From the NCBI GenBank assembly GCA_965215425.1, contig OZ244064.1:1244095-1308094 (forward strand): DNA of 64,000 nucleotides, in the 5' to 3' direction. The stretch comes from Dehalococcoidia bacterium. GTDB lineage: Bacteria; Chloroflexota; Dehalococcoidia; Lucifugimonadales; UBA3495. Under the pieces are notes generated by a model. That model made no database searches, was not told where the DNA came from, and was given only the letters and a program-made list of their open reading frames with translations. A program made the position numbers and the translations under genes. This document shows positions 1 to 11,348 of this stretch, one piece after another; position 1 is the first letter of the stretch; every line of letters begins with the position of its first letter.

Positions 1-1022
1 ATGGCGACTTCCTCGCCGCCGTAATACTTGGGGTCAATCAGACGAGTCAAGGTATCCCAACCGATGACGAAAACGCAACCGGGGAACAGGTCGGCTTTTT
101 TGCGGAAGGTTGGGGCGCGGGTCAGGGCCACGCGGCCCCGGCCGGCGAACCCGCCGACCCGTCGCATTATTTCCGATTCCGCCAGGGGCGGCTTGTCCAC
201 GTTCAGCACCGACAGCTCATAGACCACCGGGCAGCCCAGCATTTCCCCGGCGATGCGGGCCAGTTCCTCGTGGCCATAGTGCAGCGGGCTGAAGGAGCCG
301 GGCAGGACCGCCAACCCTCCCGGCTTCCCCTCCGGCGCCGCGCCCGGGGCCGACAAGTCCGGGGGCGGCGCGCCCGGGACGAGGGCCGCAGCGCGGGCGG
401 TCAAGCGTCCGTCGGGTTGGGCCAGAACAAGGTCGACCTCGCCGGACAGGAGGCGCTGTATCGGGCCGGGGTGCGCCACGGTCGTGATCTCCGGCTGCTC
501 CGCCCCGGTCAAGCCCACGTCCCGTTCCAGATCCAGCGCTGCGGCAAGGCCAAAGGCTCGGCCCAGGGCGTAAATCACCAACCGGCTGACTACTTCCTCC
601 TCGCCGGCCCGGTCCCTGCGGCCCTTATCCAGGGTCAGGTTATAGGTGGTAACCTGGGTGTCGTCCCAGGCGGCGATGCAGGCGCGGTGGTCGCCCCGCT
701 TGGGCCGGTCGGTAGCGATAGTAGCGGTGCAGGCCAGACCGACTACCGGGGAATCGTCCTCCCGCAGCGTCAGGCCCCGACGGTAGGCGGCGCGGGCCAT
801 GTCCCGGGCGTTTTGGGGCGATACGTACTGGGCTGGCTCCCGGCCCACCAGGTCAATCATGGAAAACCGGCCGTAGGGAACCCGGGCCTCCAACAGGGTG
901 CGGGAGGCGCCGGAGATGCCCAGCAGCCAGGACAGGGCGCTGCTGCCGGCGCCGGCGACTACCAACGCCGCTTTGTGCGGCGTGGCGTGGATTTTTACGA
1001 TAGCGTCATCGATTTCGTTCAT
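1..1022 (-). CDS. PncC/CinA-C-like domain fused to a cytidylyltransferase-like nucleotidyltransferase (3' end runs off the window)
   Basis: Missing from the ORF track because there is no stop in the window. My minus-strand translation from ATG 1022-1020 gives MNEIDDAIVKIHATPHKAALVVAGAGSSALSWLLGISGASRTLLEARVPYG (CinA-C/PncC-like). Further on it gives LPGSFSPLHYGHEELA, an HxGH nucleotidyltransferase motif. The listed + ORF 270..1091 is its Gly/Arg-rich antisense. Confidence 0.6.
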   Translation of the reverse strand, partial: MNEIDDAIVKIHATPHKAALVVAGAGSSALSWLLGISGASRTLLEARVPYGRFSMIDLVGREPAQYVSPQNARDMARAAYRRGLTLREDDSPVVGLACTATIATDRPKRGDHRACIAAWDDTQVTTYNLTLDKGRRDRAGEEEVVSRLVIYALGRAFGLAAALDLERDVGLTGAEQPEITTVAHPGPIQRLLSGEVDLVLAQPDGRLTARAAALVPGAPPPDLSAPGAAPEGKPGGLAVLPGSFSPLHYGHEELARIAGEMLGCPVVYELSVLNVDKPPLAESEIMRRVGGFAGRGRVALTRAPTFRKKADLFPGCVFVIGWDTLTRLIDPKYYGGEEVA

Positions 1023-1087
1023 AGCCAACCCCCGGCGGCCTTCCCCGGCGGTATTTCTCCGGTAGTCTTTACTACGGCATCCAGGGC

Positions 1088-1684
1088 CTAGGGGATCCAG
1101 GGCGTGTAATCAATGTCTCCCATGCGTTCCCTGGAAACCGCGATGTTTGCGCCGATTTTTACCAACCATTCCTCGTTCCACTCCGACGGAATGCGCCGCC
1201 GGGCTTCCCGCCAGGTCAGGGGTTCCGGGTCCGGGTCAGCGTAGCCATCCACCACTTCGGCCAAGAAGCAGGTCATATCGCCGCCGTCCATCCCGTTGAC
1301 CACCCGGCAATCCAGGTAGCCCAGGCAATCCTTAAGCACCGGACTGCCGGTTACTTTCTCCCCGTATTCCACCGCTGCCAGCTTGTCCCGGGCGGCGCCC
1401 GAAACAAAGCCGAAGTCCTTGATCAGCTGAAGTTGGTCCTTGCGCAGAAAGTTGAGGGCAAAGGCCCGGCTCCGGTAGATGAGGTCGTGGCTGTAGTTTT
1501 CCTTGTATATCTGAACCAGCACGCGGGGGCGGTCGGGTACGATGGCGGCGGCGGCAATAGCGACGGCGATCTGGGCATTGGTCCGGCCCTGCCACCGGCT
1601 GGTTACGGCGGCCAGGGGCGACCAGAGGCGGCCCATCAGGGGGGCGATACTCTGGTAATCCACGCTATGCCCGCCGCTATTCAT
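1088..1684 (-). CDS. flavin reductase-like (FMN-binding split-barrel) protein
   Basis: 198 aa. The segments LAAVTSRWQGRTNAQIAVAI and LDCRVVNGMDGGDMTCFLAEV resemble the flavin reductase domain family. Confidence 0.7.
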   Translation of the reverse strand: MNSGGHSVDYQSIAPLMGRLWSPLAAVTSRWQGRTNAQIAVAIAAAAIVPDRPRVLVQIYKENYSHDLIYRSRAFALNFLRKDQLQLIKDFGFVSGAARDKLAAVEYGEKVTGSPVLKDCLGYLDCRVVNGMDGGDMTCFLAEVVDGYADPDPEPLTWREARRRIPSEWNEEWLVKIGANIAVSRERMGDIDYTPWIP

Positions 1685-1857
1685 CTATGTCATCACCCCT
1701 ACTCAGCCAGGATGAGTGTAGCATCCGGCGCCGGGCTTGTCGAAGAGACGGTGATTTCAGGGCGCCCCTTCGCCCCACTCCGACCTTCCGGAGAAAAGAG
1801 TTGGAGGCGAGGGGACGACTCGGGGTTATTCGCCGTTCCTTAGCCAAAGGCGGGGGC

Positions 1858-2913
1858 TTACCAGTCCGGGGCGATGTCATCGAAGCTGTTGTTGGTTAAC
1901 CGTCGCTGCTTGCTGCCGTCGGCCTCCATCACCAGAATCTCGGCGGCGCCATACAGGTAGGTAACAAAGGCCAGTCGCTTGCCGTCGGGCGACCAGACCG
2001 GGGAGAGATCGGCGGCGCTGTTGCGGGTCAGCCGCTGCTGGTTGGCGCCGTCGGCCTGCATCGTGTAAATCTCCGGGTTGCCGTCCCGGTGGGAGACGAA
2101 GGCCAGGGTTTTGCCGTCCGGCCGCCAGGCCGGAGACAAGTCGTCGGCGTCGCCCCGGGTCAGCCGCGCTTCCTCCACTCCGTCAACCCAATCGCCGTCT
2201 TTGTACCGGCGGAGGACGTAGATGTCGGCGGCGGCGCCCTGCTGCCGGACGAAGGCGATGTAGCGGCCATCGGGGGACCAGACCGGGTGCGAGTCCTCGC
2301 CCTCGGTCAGCCGCACCAGGTTCACGCCCAGGGGATTGCGCAGCCACAAGCCCCGTTCTTCCCAGGAATCTTCGTTGTAAAAAACAATCCACTCCCCATC
2401 GGGCGACCAGTCGCCCAGCCGGTCCGCCGTGGTGTTGAAGGTAACGCGGGTAAGCTCGCCGCCCGCAGCGTTCATCGAGTAGATTTCGGTAACCGTTTCG
2501 CCCGCCGCGGCCCGCTCCGAGACGAACGCCAGCTTTTCCGCCTCCGGCGCCCAGCGGGGCGAGCCGTCGGCGCCGGGATTGTTGGTCAGCCGACGGAACT
2601 GGGCGCCCTTCCTGTCCAGAACGTTCAACTCGGCGTCGCCAGATTCGTAGGAGGTATAAACTATGTTTTCGCCGTCGGCGGACCACCGGGGATCAAGGTC
2701 GGCTCCCTGATTATTGGTGAGCCGGGTGGGCTCGCCGTTTTCCGGGTCCAGCAGGTAAATCTCCGGGTCGCCGTCGGAATCGGAAACAAAGACAATGGGA
2801 TTGCCGCCGCCGGGGAAACAGGCCGAACTCAAAGCCAGCAAAAAGGGCAACAGCATAACCCCGGCCAGCCGCGCCGCCGGCCTTGCAAGGGACCAGAAAC
2901 CCATCGCCAACAC
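1858..2913 (-). CDS. TolB-like PD40 beta-propeller protein, probable lipoprotein
   Basis: 351 aa with repeated PD40 units (SPDG/SADG...IAFVS...EIY...G...RLT). N-terminal signal ends in ...LALSSAC. Confidence 0.8.
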   Translation of the reverse strand: MLAMGFWSLARPAARLAGVMLLPFLLALSSACFPGGGNPIVFVSDSDGDPEIYLLDPENGEPTRLTNNQGADLDPRWSADGENIVYTSYESGDAELNVLDRKGAQFRRLTNNPGADGSPRWAPEAEKLAFVSERAAAGETVTEIYSMNAAGGELTRVTFNTTADRLGDWSPDGEWIVFYNEDSWEERGLWLRNPLGVNLVRLTEGEDSHPVWSPDGRYIAFVRQQGAAADIYVLRRYKDGDWVDGVEEARLTRGDADDLSPAWRPDGKTLAFVSHRDGNPEIYTMQADGANQQRLTRNSAADLSPVWSPDGKRLAFVTYLYGAAEILVMEADGSKQRRLTNNSFDDIAPDW

Positions 2914-3140
2914 CTCCGCACCGAGCCATGATAAGCCATGGTAAGGGAATAGGTTAGGACAAATCCCCCCGCCTTGTCCCTGTAATTTCCCCTCCGGTTA
3001 CGGGAAAATCAGGAGCGAAACACCGGAGCCGGGGCGCCTTTTACCGCAGAAACGTATGCGAACCCGGGAACAGGTCAGGACAAATCCCTCGCCTGGCCCC
3101 GGCGTTTTACGTAGGGGACTACTCAACGGACGGGTTGATG

Positions 3141-3189
3141 TGTATAATGCGTATTTCCAATCCCCGGATTATTGTGATATATTTAACAA
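3141..3189 (+). promoter_or_regulatory. possible gltB promoter -10 element plus downstream 18-bp imperfect palindrome
   Basis: TG-TATAAT at 3141-3148. TTGTGATATATTTAACAA at 3172-3189 is symmetric at 14 of 18 positions (TTGT...ACAA). It sits about 150 nt upstream of the gltB ATG. I found no convincing -35. Confidence 0.3.
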
Positions 3190-3332
3190 ACTGCCGGGCT
3201 GCGCCCGGCGGTGGCTCAGTTGAATCCTTTTCCCGGTGGACTACGCCGGAGTCCATTCGTTAGCGAAAGTTAGCAAATCTCTGGCGAGCCTGGTTTGACC
3301 CCTCGCAAACTCCTGGAGTAAGGGTAGCGTCA

Positions 3333-6300
3333 ATGAACCCGTTAAGAGAACTGGCCCGGCACGGGCTGTATTCTCCCCACCTGGAGCATGATAGTTGCGG
3401 GGTGGGTATGGTTGCCAACATCAAGGGCAGCCAGTCCCACCAGATAATTACCGAGTCTTTGCAGGTGCTGGTCAATCTGGGACATCGGGGAGCCTGCGGC
3501 TGCGACCCGGAGACCGGCGATGGCGCGGGCATTCTGTTGCAGATGCCCCATGCCTTTCTGAAGAAGGTATGTCCCGGACTGGGGATCGACCTGCCGGCGC
3601 CGGGGGCCTACGGCGTAGGGATGGTTTTTCTCCCGCCCCGGCCCGAAGCCCGGGCCAGGTGTCAGGACTTGATTGACCGCTCCATCGCCGCCGAGGGGCT
3701 GGAACTGCTGGGTTGGCGCGAGGTGCCGGTGGACCCCGCCAGGCTGGGGCGGGACGCCCGGTCGGTGCAGCCCGTAATTCGCCAGGTGTTCGTCGGCAGC
3801 GGGCCGGACTTTCCCGAACCGGAACAGCTTCAGCGCAAGCTCTACACCCTGCGCAAGGTCATCGAGAACGCGTTGCCGAACTGTGGCCTCAGTGAAGAGG
3901 ACGCCGACTACTTTTACCTTTGCAGTCTGTCCAACAGCACCCTGGTCTATAAAGGGCTGCTGATGGCCCACCAGGTCGCCGGCTTTTACCGGGACCTGGA
4001 CGACGAATCCCTGGTCAGCGCCTTTGCCCTGGTGCATTCCCGTTTCAGCACCAACACCCTGGGACATTGGAAACTGGCCCATCCCTACCGCTACCTGGCG
4101 CATAATGGCGAGATTAACACCCTACGGGGCAACACCAACTGGATGCACGCCCGGGAAGCCCAGTTCGAGTCGCCCCTGTTCGGCGCCGACATCCAGAAAA
4201 TACCCCCGGTGATGACCCCCGGGGCCAGCGATACCGCCGGCTTTGACAACGCCCTGGAACTGTTAATGATGACCGGGCGCAGCCTCGACCACGCCATGCT
4301 GATGATGATTCCCGAGGCTTGGGAGCAGCACGAGTCAATGTCCCGGGAGAAGAAGGACTTTTACGAGTACCACTCCTGCCTGATGGAACCCTGGGACGGC
4401 CCGGCGATGATTGTGGCCGCCAACGGGCATAACATCTGCGCCGTCCTGGACCGCAACGGCCTGCGTCCCTTCCGCTACACGATCACCAAGGACGACAAGC
4501 TGGTGATGGCCTCGGAGACCGGGGTGCTGGACATTCCTCCCGACCGGATACGGCAGCGGGGCCGCCTCCAACCGGGCCGGATGTTCCTAGTCAGCATGGA
4601 GGAAGGCCGCATCATCGGCGACGAGGAGTTGAAACGGAAGCTGTCGCGCCGCCATCCCTACGGCGCCTGGCTTCGGGAAAACCGGGTTTCCCTGGACGAC
4701 CTGCCGGAAGCCCCGGCGGTCGCGCCGCCGGACAAGGGAGAACTGACCCGGCAGCAGCGGGCCTTTGGCTACACCGGGGAAGAGCTGCGGCTCCTCACCA
4801 CCCCGATGGCGGCCAGCGCCTACGAGGCGATCGGTTCCATGGGCAACGACACGCCGCTGGCGGTGCTGTCCGAAAAGAACCAGTTGCTGTTCAATTACTT
4901 CAAACAGCTTTTTGCCCAGGTAACCAATCCGCCCCTGGACGCCATCCGGGAGGAATTGATTACTTCTCTGGAAGCCTTTATCGGCTGCGAACAGAACCTC
5001 TTTGCGGAAACGCCGCGGCACTGCCATCAGTTGAAGCTCAAGTCGCCGATTATTACCGATGCGGAACTGGAGAAAATACGCCGGGTTGACGTGGGCGACG
5101 TGCGGGCCATCACCCTGCCGGCCCGGTTCGACGCCCGGCAGCAAGGCTCCCTGAAAGCGGCGCTGGATACCCTGTGCGACCAGGCAGCTCAAGCCATCCG
5201 GGACGGTTACAGCCTCATTATCCTGTCCGACCGGGGCGTGGATGCGCGCCAGGCGCCGATCCCCAGCCTGCTGGCTACGGCGGCGGTACACCACCACCTG
5301 ATCCGAGAAGGCGCCCGCACCAAGGCCGGCCTGGTGGTCGAGTCCGGCGAGCCCCGGGAAGTGCATCACTTCTGCCTGCTGCTGGGCTACGGCGCCGGGG
5401 CGATCAACCCCTACCTGGCCCTGGCCACCGTCCGGGACCTGGCCGAACAGGGCGAACTGAACGGCGCCAAGCCCGATTACGCCGTCCAGAACTATATCAA
5501 GGCCAACGAAAAGGGCCTGCTCAAGGTGATGTCCAAGATGGGCATTTCCACAGTGCAGAGCTACCGGGGCGCCCAGATTTTCGAGGCCGTCGGCCTGAAC
5601 CGGGACCTGATTGACCGCTACTTTACCTGGACTCCCTCCCGGGTTGAAGGCATTGGCCTGGAAGTGGTGGAGGAAGAACAGCGGCAACGGCACCGCTTTG
5701 CCTTTCCGCCCCGGCCGGTCGCCGCCGCGCCGGAACTGGACCCGGGCGGCGCCTACCAGTGGCGCCGGCACGGGGAAGTCCACCAGTGGAACCCGGACAC
5801 CATCGCCAGGCTCCAGTACGCCACCCGGGCCAATAGCTGGGACTCCTACCAGCAGTTCAGCCAAGCGGTCAACGACCAGAGCAAGCAGTTGGCTACCCTG
5901 CGCGGCCTGCTGGAGTTCAAGGCCGTCCGGCCGCCGGTTCCCCTGGATGCGGTGGAACCGGCCCGGGAAATCGTCAAGCGCTTCGCCACTGGCGCCGCCT
6001 CCTTCGGCTCCATCAGCAAGGAAGCCCACGAGACCCTGGCGATTGCCATGAACCGCATCGGGGCGCGCAGCAATACCGGCGAGGGCGGCGAGGACTATCA
6101 CCGCTATACCCCCGACGCCAACGGGGATTCCCGGAACAGCGCCATCAAACAGGTGGCCTCCGGGCGGTTCGGCGTTACGCCCAATTACCTGATCAACGCC
6201 ACCGACCTGCAAATCAAGATGGCCCAGGGTTCCAAGCCCGGCGAGGGCGGACAGTTACCCGGCCACAAGGTGGACGAGATTATCGGCTGGGTGCGCCATA

Positions 6301-7877
6301 CCACCCCCGGCGTGGAGCTGATTTCGCCGCCGCCCCATCACGACATCTACTCCATTGAAGACCTGGCCCAACTGATTCACGACCTGAAGAATATCAACCC
6401 GGACTCCCGGATCCACGTCAAGCTGGTGGCGGAAGTGGGGGTGGGAACCATCGCCGCCGGCGTCTCCAAGGGTCATGGCGACGTGGTGCTGATCAGCGGG
6501 CACGACGGCGGCACCGGGGCCTCTCCCGAATCCTCCATCAAGCACGCCGGGCTGCCCTGGGAGTTGGGGCTGGCCGAAACCCAGCAGGTACTGGTCGCCA
6601 ACGACCTGCGCAGCCGCATCGTGGTGCAGACCGACGGCCAGCTCAAGACCGGCCGGGACGCCGCCATCGCCTTCCTGCTGGGGGCCGACGAGGTCGGCTT
6701 TGCCACCGCGCCGCTGATTGTCAGCGGCTGCATTATGCTCCGCAAGTGCCACCTGAACACCTGCTCGGTGGGCATTGCCACCCAGGACCCGGAGCTGCGC
6801 CGGCGGTTCGCCGGCAAGCCGGAATACGTCATCAATTACTTCTTCTTCGTGGCGGAAGAACTGCGGGAGATTATGGCGCGCCTGGGCTTCCGCACGGTGC
6901 AGGAGATGATTGGACGGGTGGAGGCGCTGGAGGCCAGTACCGCCGTGGCGCAGGGCAAAGCCCGGGGCCTGGACTACTCCAGGCTGCTGTACCGCCATCC
7001 CAAGTCGGACGAAGTGGTTATCTACCAGTGCGAAGAACAGGACCACGGGCTGGAGAATGCCCTGGACCACCAGTTGATCGCCCGATGCGGCCCGGCCCTG
7101 GAGCGGCGGCAGCCAGTCAAAATCGCCCTGCCCATCCGCAACTCCAACCGCACCGTTGGCGCCATGCTCAGCGGTAAAATCGCCAAGCGGTACGGGGAAG
7201 AGGGCTTGCCTTCGGGAACGATCCGGATAAACCTCGCCGGCTCGGCCGGCCAGAGCTTCGGCGCTTTCCTGGCCGAGGGCGTGGACCTCCGGCTGGAAGG
7301 GGACACCAACGACTATCTGGGCAAGGGCATGAGCGGCGGCAAGATTATCGTTTGCCCGCCGGCCGAATCCGACTTTGTGCCGGAGGAAAATATCATCATC
7401 GGCAACGTGGCCCTCTACGGCGCCACCGGCGGCCAGGCGTTCATTCGCGGGCTGGGCGGCGAGCGGTTCTGTGTCCGCAACAGCGGCGTCCAGGCGGTGG
7501 TTGAGGGCGTCGGCGACCACGGCTGCGAGTATATGACCGGCGGCATCGCCGTGGTCCTCGGCCCCACCGGCCGCAACTTCGCCGCCGGCATGAGCGGCGG
7601 CATCGCCTTTATTTATGACGCCGCCGGGGACTTCGCCACTCGGTTCAACGACGGCATGGCCGACCTGGAGCCGGTTTCCGACCCGGAGGACGTGGCGGTT
7701 CTCCGCCGGATGATTGAAGACCACCTGGAATACACCGGCAGCGGCCCGGCCCGGCGCATCCTGGCCGACTGGAACCAGGCCCTGCCCCGGTTCCACAAGG
7801 TAATGCCCCGGGATTATCGCCGGGTGCTGGAAGAACGCCGGAGAAACAGGAAAATGGAAGTAGCTAGTCATGGGTAA
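3333..7877 (+). CDS. gltB: glutamate synthase large subunit
   Basis: 1514 aa. Has the N-terminal amidotransferase Cys ([14 protein letters not shown]), the FMN/3Fe-4S central domain and the C-terminal GXGXG-type domain. Immediately followed by gltD. Confidence 0.97.
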   Translation: MNPLRELARHGLYSPHLEHDSCGVGMVANIKGSQSHQIITESLQVLVNLGHRGACGCDPETGDGAGILLQMPHAFLKKVCPGLGIDLPAPGAYGVGMVFLPPRPEARARCQDLIDRSIAAEGLELLGWREVPVDPARLGRDARSVQPVIRQVFVGSGPDFPEPEQLQRKLYTLRKVIENALPNCGLSEEDADYFYLCSLSNSTLVYKGLLMAHQVAGFYRDLDDESLVSAFALVHSRFSTNTLGHWKLAHPYRYLAHNGEINTLRGNTNWMHAREAQFESPLFGADIQKIPPVMTPGASDTAGFDNALELLMMTGRSLDHAMLMMIPEAWEQHESMSREKKDFYEYHSCLMEPWDGPAMIVAANGHNICAVLDRNGLRPFRYTITKDDKLVMASETGVLDIPPDRIRQRGRLQPGRMFLVSMEEGRIIGDEELKRKLSRRHPYGAWLRENRVSLDDLPEAPAVAPPDKGELTRQQRAFGYTGEELRLLTTPMAASAYEAIGSMGNDTPLAVLSEKNQLLFNYFKQLFAQVTNPPLDAIREELITSLEAFIGCEQNLFAETPRHCHQLKLKSPIITDAELEKIRRVDVGDVRAITLPARFDARQQGSLKAALDTLCDQAAQAIRDGYSLIILSDRGVDARQAPIPSLLATAAVHHHLIREGARTKAGLVVESGEPREVHHFCLLLGYGAGAINPYLALATVRDLAEQGELNGAKPDYAVQNYIKANEKGLLKVMSKMGISTVQSYRGAQIFEAVGLNRDLIDRYFTWTPSRVEGIGLEVVEEEQRQRHRFAFPPRPVAAAPELDPGGAYQWRRHGEVHQWNPDTIARLQYATRANSWDSYQQFSQAVNDQSKQLATLRGLLEFKAVRPPVPLDAVEPAREIVKRFATGAASFGSISKEAHETLAIAMNRIGARSNTGEGGEDYHRYTPDANGDSRNSAIKQVASGRFGVTPNYLINATDLQIKMAQGSKPGEGGQLPGHKVDEIIGWVRHTTPGVELISPPPHHDIYSIEDLAQLIHDLKNINPDSRIHVKLVAEVGVGTIAAGVSKGHGDVVLISGHDGGTGASPESSIKHAGLPWELGLAETQQVLVANDLRSRIVVQTDGQLKTGRDAAIAFLLGADEVGFATAPLIVSGCIMLRKCHLNTCSVGIATQDPELRRRFAGKPEYVINYFFFVAEELREIMARLGFRTVQEMIGRVEALEASTAVAQGKARGLDYSRLLYRHPKSDEVVIYQCEEQDHGLENALDHQLIARCGPALERRQPVKIALPIRNSNRTVGAMLSGKIAKRYGEEGLPSGTIRINLAGSAGQSFGAFLAEGVDLRLEGDTNDYLGKGMSGGKIIVCPPAESDFVPEENIIIGNVALYGATGGQAFIRGLGGERFCVRNSGVQAVVEGVGDHGCEYMTGGIAVVLGPTGRNFAAGMSGGIAFIYDAAGDFATRFNDGMADLEPVSDPEDVAVLRRMIEDHLEYTGSGPARRILADWNQALPRFHKVMPRDYRRVLEERRRNRKMEVASHG

Positions 7878-9324
7878 CCCCAGCGGATTTATGGAAGCCG
7901 GCCGGCAGCCGCCGGAGCGCCGCCCGGTAGCCGAAAGAAAGGCGGACTACCAGGAGCTATACTTGGACTGGCCGGAAAAGGCCGCCCGGGAGCAGGGTTC
8001 CCGGTGTATGGACTGCGCCGTGCCCTTCTGCCACATGGGTTGCCCCCTGGGTAACGTCATCCCGGAGTTTAACCACCACGTTTACCGGGGCGAATGGCGC
8101 AAGGCGCTGAAGGTGCTGCACAGCACCAACAACTTCCCGGAGTTCACCGGCCGGATTTGCCCGGCGCCCTGCGAAGCCTCCTGCGTCCTGAGCATTAACA
8201 ACGACCCGGTAACCATTGAATACATCGAGAAGGAAATCGCCGACCGGGGTTATCAGGAAGGCTGGATACAGCCCCAGCCACCGGCCCGGCGCACCGGCAA
8301 GCGGGTGGCGGTGGTCGGTTCCGGCCCGGCGGGACTGGCAGCAGCACAGCAGCTGAACCGGGCCGGCCATTGGGTAACTGTCCTGGAGCGGGCCAACTAC
8401 GTCGGCGGCCTGCTGATGCTGGGCATCCCCGACTTCAAACTGGACAAGCAGGTAGTCCACCGCCGCGTCCGACTGTTGGCCGAGGAGGGGATCGACTTCC
8501 GCACCGGGGTCAACGTGGGCGTCAATTACCCGGTGGAGCAACTGCGGGCCGAGTTCGACGCCATCTGTCTCACCGGCGGCTCCACCCAGGCGCGGGACTT
8601 GCCGGTGCCGGGCCGGGAGCTGGACGGTATCCATCTGGCCATGGAATATCTGCCCCAGCAGAACAGGCTGCTGGCCGGCGAGACGATCGACCCGGCGGAA
8701 CGCATCAGCGCCGAGGGCAAGCGGGTGGTCATCCTGGGCGGCGGCGATACCGGGGCGGACTGTCTGGGCACCGCCCACCGCCAGGGCGCCGAGGTGGTGT
8801 ACCAGTTCGAGTTGCTGCCCGAACCACCGGAGCAGCGGCGTCCCGACAACCCCTGGCCCCAATGGCCGGCTATTCTGCGCTCCTCCCCGGCCCACGAGGA
8901 GGGAGGCATCCGGGACTACAACATCCTGACCAAATCCTTCTCCGGCAGTCAGGGCCGGGTGGAACGGCTGCACGCCGTCCGGGTGGAATGGAGCGCCGGC
9001 GACGCCGGCCGCTTTAATATGGCCGAGGTTCCCGGCAGCGAGCTGGAAGTGGAAACCGACCTGGTGCTGCTGGCGATGGGCTTCCTGCACCCGGAACATC
9101 AGGGGATGTTGACCGACCTGGGCGTGGCACTGGACGCCCGGGGCAACGTAACGGCGGACCAGAACAAGATGACCAGCATCCCCGGCGTGTTCGCCGGCGG
9201 CGACATGGCCCGGGGCCAGTCCCTGGTCGTCTGGGCCATCGCCGAAGGTCGGGAAATGGCCCGGGGCGTGGACGCCTACCTGGCCGGCCAGACCAGCCTG
9301 CCCCGATCGATGCCGTCGAACTAA
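7870..9324 (+). CDS. gltD: glutamate synthase small subunit (NADPH)
   Basis: 484 aa with Cys clusters ([18 protein letters not shown]) and dinucleotide folds ([27 protein letters not shown]). Overlaps the gltB stop by 8 nt. Confidence 0.95.
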   Translation: MGNPSGFMEAGRQPPERRPVAERKADYQELYLDWPEKAAREQGSRCMDCAVPFCHMGCPLGNVIPEFNHHVYRGEWRKALKVLHSTNNFPEFTGRICPAPCEASCVLSINNDPVTIEYIEKEIADRGYQEGWIQPQPPARRTGKRVAVVGSGPAGLAAAQQLNRAGHWVTVLERANYVGGLLMLGIPDFKLDKQVVHRRVRLLAEEGIDFRTGVNVGVNYPVEQLRAEFDAICLTGGSTQARDLPVPGRELDGIHLAMEYLPQQNRLLAGETIDPAERISAEGKRVVILGGGDTGADCLGTAHRQGAEVVYQFELLPEPPEQRRPDNPWPQWPAILRSSPAHEEGGIRDYNILTKSFSGSQGRVERLHAVRVEWSAGDAGRFNMAEVPGSELEVETDLVLLAMGFLHPEHQGMLTDLGVALDARGNVTADQNKMTSIPGVFAGGDMARGQSLVVWAIAEGREMARGVDAYLAGQTSLPRSMPSN

Positions 9325-9409
9325 ACTAACCGTACGGGAAAGGGCCGGCGCCGGGAAAGGGGAGGCAGCGCGGTTATCCCTTTCGGTTACCGGTCAAGCA
9401 TTGCCGGTT

Positions 9410-9832
9410 TCACTCCAGCGCCCGGTGCAGCAGGTCCCGGACTTCCGCCGACATCGCATATCCTTCCAGGCGGTTTTTGGCGACCCAGGCAAAGGTTTCG
9501 TGTTCCGACAGCCTTACCGTCCTTCCCGGCACGGTTGCCAGGAAGTTCAGTTGACGGGTCGGGACGCCGTTCCCGGCGGGATAGTCAAAGGAACCCAGGA
9601 ACCGGCCAATAGCAATGACTTCCAGTCCCGTTTCCTCGGCCACTTCCCGCCGCAGCGCCTGGGCCAGCGTCTCGCCGGCCTCCACCGCCCCGCCGGGCAA
9701 CTCGAACCAACCGCCCAGGTAGTCCTCCGGGGAGCGTCTGAGCAACAGTACCCCGGCGGCAGCGCGGATAACCGCCGCGACCACCACCCGCTCGATCCCC
9801 TGTGCTCGAGCCGTCGCAAAAAGCTCTTCCAT
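9410..9832 (-). CDS. NUDIX hydrolase
   Basis: 140 aa with a Nudix box: GGWFELPGGAVEAGETLAQALRREVAEETGL. Confidence 0.85.
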   Translation of the reverse strand: MEELFATARAQGIERVVVAAVIRAAAGVLLLRRSPEDYLGGWFELPGGAVEAGETLAQALRREVAEETGLEVIAIGRFLGSFDYPAGNGVPTRQLNFLATVPGRTVRLSEHETFAWVAKNRLEGYAMSAEVRDLLHRALE

Positions 9833-9872
9833 TCTTTGCTGTGCTGGCGAACCTGAACCGGGTTAAGGCCGG

Positions 9873-11345
9873 TCAATCCGCCGCCGCATGCTCCGCCGGG
9901 GCCGGCTCGGACTGGGCCGCTTGCACCAGTTGGGCGTGGCGGCTCAGGTATTCCTGCAGATCCAGCACCTGAATGGTGTTGGTGGTGCCGGATACGCCGG
10001 TCAGGCTGCCGTGGACGATGGTAACCACGTCCGATTCGGTTACCAGGCCGGTGGCGAGGGAGCCGCTGATCAGCATCGCCACCAGCCGGGCGATGTCCTG
10101 CTCCAGGGGGATGACGCCGCTGGGATAGAGGCCCCAACCCAGACACAGCTTGCGCAGGGTTGCCTCGTTATGGGAAAAGACGATGACGTCGCCCTCGGGA
10201 CGGTAACGGGCCACCTCAAAGGCGGCGCGGCCGGTGCTGGTAACCACAATCGGCTTGGAATGCAAGGCGCGCACCAGGCGGCTGGCGCCGGCGGCGATGG
10301 CCTGGGTGCGGTCTCTGGCCCGGAAATCCTTGTAAAAGGGGTAAATCTTTTCCGATTCCCGGATGGTAACGTCGGCCACCCGTACCGCCTCCACCGGGTA
10401 CTGCCCCACGGCGATTTCATCGGAGAGCAGGATGGAGTCGCAGCCATCCAGGACGGCATTGCTGATGTCCGACACCTCGGCCCGGGTGGGCGTGGGGGAT
10501 ACTACCATCGACCGAAGCATCTGGGTGGCGATGCAGGAGATCTTGGCCGCTTCGTTGGCCTTGCGGACGATTTCCTTTTGCACCAGCGGCACCCGCTCCA
10601 TCGGGATTTCCACGCCCAGGTCGCCCCGGGCGACCATCACGCCATCCACTTCCTCCAGGATCGAATCCAGGTTGTCAATCCCCTCGCCCCGCTCCAGTTT
10701 AGCCATCACCGGGGCCTGGCTGCCAATGCTTTCCAGGTACGCCTTGGCGTAGCGGACATCCTCGCCGGTGCGGACGAAAGACACGGCCACCCAATCGACC
10801 TGTTGCTCCACGCCGAAGCGCAGGGCGTCCTTATCCTCCTCGGTAAGCACCGGCAGGTCGATGGATACGCCGGGGAGATTGACCCCCTTGAACGAGGAGA
10901 TTATACCGCCGTTGCGGACCCGGGTTTTTATCTCCAGACCGTTGGTTTCCAGCACCTCCAGGCAAACAATGCCGTCAGAGATGAAAATCAGGTTGCCCTC
11001 CCGCAGGTTGCGCAGGACGCCGGGTTCCGGGAAGGGAATCGTGTTGGGGTCAGTGGCGGATTCCTCCGGGATTACCCGGTACTCCTCGCCGTGATAGAGG
11101 GTCTGCACCTCGTCCATCCGGCCCAGGCGCAGCTTGATGCCGCCCAGGTCTTGCAGGATCCCCACGTGGCGGCCATGCTTTGCCGACAGGCGGCGGACGT
11201 TGTGGATTATCTCCGCATGCTCGGCGAAGGTGCCGTGGGAGAAGTTAAGCCGGGCGCAGTCCATTCCATTGAGAATCAACTGCTCCAGGGTTTCCGGGTC
11301 CCGGGAGACCGGGCCGATGGTGGCGATAATCTTGGTTTTACGCAT
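9873..11345 (-). CDS. pyk: pyruvate kinase
   Basis: MRKTKIIATIGPVS...NFSHG...MVARGDLGVEIP. I trimmed the start to ATG 11345. The upstream in-frame Met codons lie inside the intergenic repeat. Confidence 0.95.
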   Translation of the reverse strand: MRKTKIIATIGPVSRDPETLEQLILNGMDCARLNFSHGTFAEHAEIIHNVRRLSAKHGRHVGILQDLGGIKLRLGRMDEVQTLYHGEEYRVIPEESATDPNTIPFPEPGVLRNLREGNLIFISDGIVCLEVLETNGLEIKTRVRNGGIISSFKGVNLPGVSIDLPVLTEEDKDALRFGVEQQVDWVAVSFVRTGEDVRYAKAYLESIGSQAPVMAKLERGEGIDNLDSILEEVDGVMVARGDLGVEIPMERVPLVQKEIVRKANEAAKISCIATQMLRSMVVSPTPTRAEVSDISNAVLDGCDSILLSDEIAVGQYPVEAVRVADVTIRESEKIYPFYKDFRARDRTQAIAAGASRLVRALHSKPIVVTSTGRAAFEVARYRPEGDVIVFSHNEATLRKLCLGWGLYPSGVIPLEQDIARLVAMLISGSLATGLVTESDVVTIVHGSLTGVSGTTNTIQVLDLQEYLSRHAQLVQAAQSEPAPAEHAAAD

Positions 11346-11348
11346 AGG

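Noticed and set aside
270-1091. 273-aa + strand ORF
   Set aside because: The composition is Gly/Arg/Ala/Pro-rich, typical of antisense reading in GC-rich DNA. The opposite strand encodes a protein with recognisable motifs (PncC-like, HxGH).
2914-3332. Possible glutamine or other riboswitch in the 419-nt gltB leader
   Set aside because: I could find only short generic hairpins (for example TGGACT-acgccgg-AGTCCA) and nothing matching a riboswitch core I know.
4587-7871. Two long minus-strand ORFs (541 aa and 538 aa) plus many shorter ones inside gltB
   Set aside because: They are antisense to an unambiguous glutamate synthase large subunit. They have low-complexity G/A/R/P/V composition and no motifs.
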